A stretch of 8,590 nt of DNA, taken from the NCBI GenBank assembly GCA_951406725.2, contig CATOCA020000072.1:1-8590 (forward strand), written 5' to 3'. Source of the DNA: Octopus vulgaris. Taxonomy: Eukaryota. The translations under genes were made by a program, and so were the position numbers. Every line of letters begins with the position of its first letter. Positions within the stretch are counted from its first letter, which is position 1. Of the stretch, positions 1 to 8,590 are shown in pieces. The notes under the pieces were generated by a model. The model was not told the DNA's origin. It did not search any database and worked only from the letters and a program-made list of their open reading frames with translations.

Positions 1-730
1 TAAAATATTTAATTTAGATATAAATATATTTTTAAATATCAGTATGTTACTAAGTCAGATAATTATTTCATGGGTAACTTAAAATTTATAACACCGGTTT
101 GTTGCAGAGTAAACATACGGTTGTTAGATTTATCGTAAGTTAGTTATGATTTTAAGTACGCTAAATTATAAAATATAAAATATAAAATATATATTAATTT
201 AAATATTATAAATAAGTCACTTATTAACTTAATAAATATAGTGCCATAATATACCAGTTTAGGCATTAAAAAATAGAAGGGGAAGTACTAATGTAAACGC
301 TTATGAGAACATCACAGAAATTTTAAATAAATTTTATATTATAAAGACTTAAGATGAAAAGTGATAAAATAAATAAGAAGGAATAAATACGAAGGAATAA
401 ATACGGTTATACACATAATTATAAGTACAAACCAGTATATATGTATTCATATATTATTAAAATTAAATAAAAATAAATGATAGATATGTATGTATAAAAC
501 TACCCCAGTATAAGTAAATAAGTAAAAAAATAAATAGGTAACAAATTAGATGACTTGATATGTATGTAAACATCTACACTTAAATAGGCAAATAAATAAA
601 TAAATAGAAGACTAGATGCAAAGATTGATAACATTACAATAAAATGGAAAATAAATAAAAAATAAATAAAGTGAATATATATGTTATATTGTTGAAAGTA
701 AATATGTATGGAAGGATAGTTTAAAGTACA
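1..730 (-). repeat. Left arm of long inverted repeat (element 3' region); runs off the window edge
   Basis: Reverse complement of 2506-3224 (1<->3224, 730<->2506). The only difference I found by eye is an extra 11-bp unit AAAATAAATAA (648-658/659-669). Confidence 0.97.
377..404. repeat. 14-bp tandem duplication GAAGGAATAAATAC x2 (mirrored at 2821-2848)
   Basis: Directly visible in both arms, so it predates the inversion. Confidence 0.85.
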
Positions 731-1337
731 GATCCAGAGGACTATAGATATAAACTAAATATATAAGGCTGGTAATAATTATAAAGCAAAATGCATGTAA
801 ATGAGAAAATGAAAAAAATGAAAAAGGTTTATCAGTGAATAGCATAAGATACAAATTAAGGTGAGTACAAAAAAGACCAAATATACAATAAAAACCTTCC
901 AAATAAACACATACAAAAAACCTATAATCTCAACCTAAACCCACCAAACTCACAAAAGGCTCTCATATATTACATATTATACAATATCATTACATTATCC
1001 AGAGCTAGGTATCTAACCAAGATATATATATATACTATGCAATATACTATGCAAAATTGGAAAACTTCAAAAATCACACATTACAAGGCAAATACCAAAA
1101 TGAATATGTTATTTTATGTCATATTGCATTTCTCTTAAAAAACAAACAAAAACCCACATACAAAAAACAAGAAACCAATAATACTAGACACATCCATTAA
1201 TTATTATACAAATGTAGCTATAAAAATTATAAAATTATAAAATTTATAAATTGTATACTTTAGAATTATAGAAGACCACAGGTATATTTAGTTAAAGAAG
1301 GGAATTAAAAAATTAATAATAGTGGAAGTGCTAAGTT

Positions 1338-2505
1338 CTATTTGAATCTAGAAAAGGTGAACGGTAGCCTATGAATACAAAAGAAGTTTTTTTCATTAAT
1401 GTTGTTAATAATTTGCCGACCCGCTTTAATAATGAAGAAAATTTCATTAATACATAGAGAGCATTTTTTATTTTTTCCATTATACACAGGTGCTGAAGTT
1501 AGTATTTTCCAGTTTAATCTAAAATCTAAGTTCTTACTTTTAAGTTCCCAAATGTATGCACTTAGCCCTGTAGAGTACATTCTATTTTTATTCCTAAAAG
1601 TATATCTGTGATAATTCCATCTTTGTTTTATGCTATTCATAGTTGCCCCGATATACACCCTACTACTCAATTGTGTATCTACAGTGCATTGGTAAACTAC
1701 CTCCTTCCTGAGGCATTGATTACCAAATACACATTTATTTTTATTTCTGCAATTACAAAGATTAACAGAATGAGGAGATCTAAGATTGGACACCACCCCT
1801 ATACTACTATTCACATTATAAGTGTTACAATTGTTATCATCATCCAAGCCCAAAATCAACGAATGAGTTAATTTCACATTATCGGCTATATTCCTATCAC
1901 TAGTACTAGTATTGGTAGTAGTAGTATGATCTATTACATTTATATTATCTCTGACAGGTACGGTGCACTCATTATTAGTAAGGAGGTTGTTCCCATTCGT
2001 TCCAAGAAAGTTTCTATTCCTATTATTAATGAAGAGGGGCAAGTTTTCCTGGTCTAAATTCAATTTTCTATCCTTATAGAAGTGATCCAGTTTCTTGTTA
2101 TTAAAAGAGGAGATAATGGTGGCTAGATTATGAGTAATGCTATATCCCACTCTAACAGTACCGTTGTTAATTAAAGGACTAAATTTATTCTTATCCTTAC
2201 CAAAATGCCTAAAAATAACATTATGCAAAGCTCTCACTATGTTTGTTTTAATCTGCATTGCATATGGGATAATCAACCAAAGAATATCCTTATCAGAATT
2301 AGGATTGCCTATAGAATTAATGTTATTTGTAAAAATCCTATTCGTAGACCAACTCATAGGATTACTATTCTTACCACTGTCATTGTTATATCTATCTATA
2401 TCAATATTACCATGGTTATTGCGCAAGTAAACTTTACCATTATCATGTCTACCATAAGTTTTAATTCGTATATTATTATTAATATTACTACTATTACCCG
2501 TATGT
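1338..2505 (-). pseudogene. 5'-truncated ORF of a Penelope-like retroelement (probably Naiad clade): RT C-terminal/thumb segment, linker and GIY-YIG endonuclease
   Basis: Numbering follows the listed 362-aa ORF. GIY-YIG signatures: VVY(243-245), YIG(258-260), R269, H273, E328, N341. Cys motifs: CxCx5Cx5C (224-238), CxxC (322-325), CxH (350-352). aa46-113 (ILWLIIPY..IKTNIV..RHF..NNGTVRVGYS..NLATIISSFNNKKL) resembles the 'IIWFNPPY..VKTNIG..KHF..NRNTVKVSYS..N...IISSHNKK' segment I recall from PLE RT C-termini. By manual translation the frame stays open upstream of the listed TTG at 2426 up to the junction at 2505; the first stop is at 2517-2519, inside the inverted copy. There is no true start and no RT core. 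Confidence 0.88.
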
Positions 2506-3224
2506 TGTACTTTAAACTATCCTTCCATACATATTTACTTTCAACAATATAACATATATATTCACTTTATTTATTTTCCATTTTATTGTAATGTTATCAA
2601 TCTTTGCATCTAGTCTTCTATTTATTTATTTATTTGCCTATTTAAGTGTAGATGTTTACATACATATCAAGTCATCTAATTTGTTACCTATTTATTTTTT
2701 TACTTATTTACTTATACTGGGGTAGTTTTATACATACATATCTATCATTTATTTTTATTTAATTTTAATAATATATGAATACATATATACTGGTTTGTAC
2801 TTATAATTATGTGTATAACCGTATTTATTCCTTCGTATTTATTCCTTCTTATTTATTTTATCACTTTTCATCTTAAGTCTTTATAATATAAAATTTATTT
2901 AAAATTTCTGTGATGTTCTCATAAGCGTTTACATTAGTACTTCCCCTTCTATTTTTTAATGCCTAAACTGGTATATTATGGCACTATATTTATTAAGTTA
3001 ATAAGTGACTTATTTATAATATTTAAATTAATATATATTTTATATTTTATATTTTATAATTTAGCGTACTTAAAATCATAACTAACTTACGATAAATCTA
3101 ACAACCGTATGTTTACTCTGCAACAAACCGGTGTTATAAATTTTAAGTTACCCATGAAATAATTATCTGACTTAGTAACATACTGATATTTAAAAATATA
3201 TTTATATCTAAATTAAATATTTTA
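2506..3224 (+). repeat. Right arm of long inverted repeat (visible matched part of the inverted pseudo-LTR)
   Basis: 719 bp matching the reverse complement of 1-730 minus the 11-bp duplication; begins TGTACTTTAAACTAT at 2506. Confidence 0.97.
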
Positions 3225-3597
3225 TGGAATGCATGGATGGTTCTTTTTTTGTTATTGAGGCACAGTTATAATTTTGAAGGACTAAATGGTAGCATAGTTG
3301 CTTCCCTTTTTTGTTTATCTAAGTGCTAGTTGTTGCTTGTGATTATGTATGTGTATAAGTGTATGTATATACATATAACTATGTGTGTATGTGCGATTGA
3401 TCTGTAGATGCGTGTGTGAATATTGGCGTTCCCTGACTAACCAACCGTATAATTTTCTTTTGTGATTTAAATTTCAAACCAATAGCCAATCGAATTAATC
3501 TAAATTTTCTTTACCTAGTGGTCAGCATTTCTTAACTCATAGTTATTTCGATCTTGAAAGGATGGACTTGGTGCTAACTTAACTGTATCTATTTTTA

Positions 3598-3601
<4 letters not shown>

Positions 3602-3664
<63 letters not shown>
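3602..3664. repeat. (TTA)21 microsatellite
   Basis: Perfect 63-bp trinucleotide run with degenerate flanks. Confidence 0.95.
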
Positions 3665-3666
<2 letters not shown>

Positions 3667-4007
3667 ATTAATAGTAATTTTTATTAACTTTTATAGCTTT
3701 AGAATTTTATGAACTGTAACATGGTTTTAATTATTATTTTTCATCTCCATACGTGTTAGCTTTTTTTTTATAAAATAAACTATTAGCCAAATATGTATAA
3801 TATCGGTACTTATTAATATTAATATATACACTGTTATATATTTTGTTTTATTTTGTTCTGTTTACCTTCCTTTTTGTACAAATGTGTATTATATTATATA
3901 AGTGTAGCATTATGATGTATAAGTTTTTATATTTTACATTTTTATATTTTTATATTTATATGTATATGATTATATAATATTTTTCACTATTATAACAAAT
4001 TTAATTT

Positions 4008-4125
4008 AATTCTCTGAAGAGGCCGTGGGGCATCCTTGTTAATGCCTCATTTATACCTGCCTTTATGGCTTATAGGTTAAATGAGGTATGACTGCCCTCA
4101 CTGCCGAAACAGCTGTCAGTTTTGA
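4008..4125 (+). ncRNA. Type I hammerhead ribozyme (PLE type) with extended stem II
   Basis: Core CUGAAGA 4014-4020; stem II 4021-4105 closed by G4021-C4105; GAAA 4106-4109; palindromic stem III ACAGCUGU 4109-4116; cleavage triplet GUC 4115-4117. Stem I is CU(4012-4013)/AG(4118-4119), extended imperfectly by AU/GU pairs. Confidence 0.88.
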
Positions 4126-4317
4126 TTTATTTGCATATTATATTTGAAATTTTTTACTTATATCTCTTTATCTTTTTACTATTACTGTATATCTCATTTC
4201 ATTTTATATATTGCCTTTACTCATATGTAATGGTGTATTATAGTATGGATTGAGTATCATCGGATAGTTGATGTTTTACTGATTTAAGTATGTTTCTCCA
4301 TTCTCTAATTTTGTAGT

Positions 4318-8111
<3,794 letters not shown>

Positions 8112-8117
8112 CGATAT

Positions 8118-8373
8118 AGCGTAGGCTCAAGATATAAAATACTTTCTTCACTTCCCAAACGTTAAACTAAATCTGTTTTTTTGTGTACACACCCATCTTT
8201 GTCTTTTGTTTTTTCATAAATTCTCACTATATATATATATATATATATATAGATAGATATATACAGTGAGAATTTATGAAAAAACAAAAGACAAAGATGG
8301 GTGTGTAAACAAAAAACAAATTTAGTTTAACGTTTGGGAAGTGAGAAAGTATTTTATGTTTTGAGCCTACGCT
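8118..8373. repeat. Imperfect inverted repeat, arms 8118-8228 and 8265-8373, around a (TA)n/GATA spacer
   Basis: AGCGTAGGCTCAA...CATAAATTCTCACT is mirrored by AGTGAGAATTTATG...TTGAGCCTACGCT, with several substitutions and small indels. Confidence 0.95.
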
Positions 8374-8590
8374 CTTTGACAGAAAGGAAAACAAAAATAA
8401 ATGGGGAGAGAAAATAGGTTTAGTGGCTAGCAGTCTATCATGGTGAATGCCGGACAGAGGGGTTACCCAGGAGAGCTAGGAAGAAGAGATAATAAAATAG
8501 TGGTGATCCTAAAACGAAGGTGCTATACATATAGTACGTTTCAAAAGTTGTACTAAAAGGAAGCACATATTACCAAAGGGTCTTTGTGCA
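8263..8590 (-). mobile_element. Probable 3' end of an older, second PLE-derived repeat with a decayed minimal hammerhead-like motif (~8351-8387, minus)
   Basis: The minus strand reads CTTT-CTGTCAA-A-GAGC-GTAG-GCTC-AAAAC-ATA-AAAT. Three CpG-type reversions give CTTT-CTGTCGA-A-GAGC-GTAG-GCTC-GAAAC-GTA-AAA. It resembles an interspersed repeat I recall from Octopus genomes (unverified). The right boundary is uncertain. Confidence 0.5.

Larger units (their letters stand above)
1..4317. mobile_element. Penelope-like element insertion: truncated minus-strand body plus an inverted copy of its 3' region (pseudo-LTR) carrying a hammerhead ribozyme; continues beyond the left window edge
   Basis: GIY-YIG ORF, inverted duplication of the downstream region starting exactly where the ORF is truncated, and a PLE-type hammerhead in the duplicated arm. 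The plus strand is A-rich over 1-1337 and T-rich over 2506-4317, as expected for the same U-rich 3' region in opposite orientations. The right end at 4317 is inferred from the start of (TA)n. Confidence 0.78.

Noticed and set aside
684-902. 72-aa hydrophobic minus-strand ORF sharing its C-terminus (LYFKLSFHTYLLSTI) with ORF 2205-2552
   Set aside because: The hydrophobicity reflects U-rich sequence, and the shared tail is just the inverted repeat.
1338-2426. Stand-alone homing endonuclease or host GIY-YIG gene starting at 2426
   Set aside because: The start is TTG with the frame open further upstream, there is no intron or organellar context, and a PLE RT C-terminal segment is present.
1399-2552. 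Plus-strand ORFs 1399-1611, 1608-1871, 2137-2430 and 2205-2552
   Set aside because: Antisense shadows of the PLE ORF with no recognisable motifs; 2205-2552 crosses the inversion junction.
1-3224. DNA transposon or Foldback element with long TIRs
   Set aside because: The enclosed ORF is a PLE RT-thumb/GIY-YIG fragment cut by the right arm, not a transposase, and the arm leads to a hammerhead.
4021-4105. SECIS element or tRNA in the GC-rich hairpin
   Set aside because: There is no 5' AUGA/3' GA quartet with apical AA in the right geometry, no in-frame TGA in the ORF fragment and no cloverleaf; the flanking hammerhead core explains the hairpin.

Overview
Eukaryotic, very AT-rich, repeat-derived window; the composition and repeats suggest an invertebrate, possibly a cephalopod (unverified). 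1-4317 reads as one young, 5'-truncated Penelope-like retroelement (PLE), probably Naiad-type. It has a minus-strand ORF remnant (RT C-terminal/thumb segment, long Asn-rich linker, Cys-rich GIY-YIG endonuclease; 2505->1338) followed by a long U-rich 3' region. At the truncation point (2505/2506) it is joined to an inverted, near-identical copy of that 3' region (1-730 mirrors 2506-3224). The inverted copy continues to a type I hammerhead ribozyme with an intact core and an unusually long stem II (4014-4119), and ends at a 3.8-kb (TA)n array (4318-8111). The array's interruptions switch from G (TATG) to C (CATA) at about 6565-6608. Right of the array, two older ~110-bp copies of a second repeat face each other across another (TA)n tract (8111-8383), each with a decayed minimal hammerhead-like motif. 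All the long Ile/Tyr ORFs are microsatellite artefacts.
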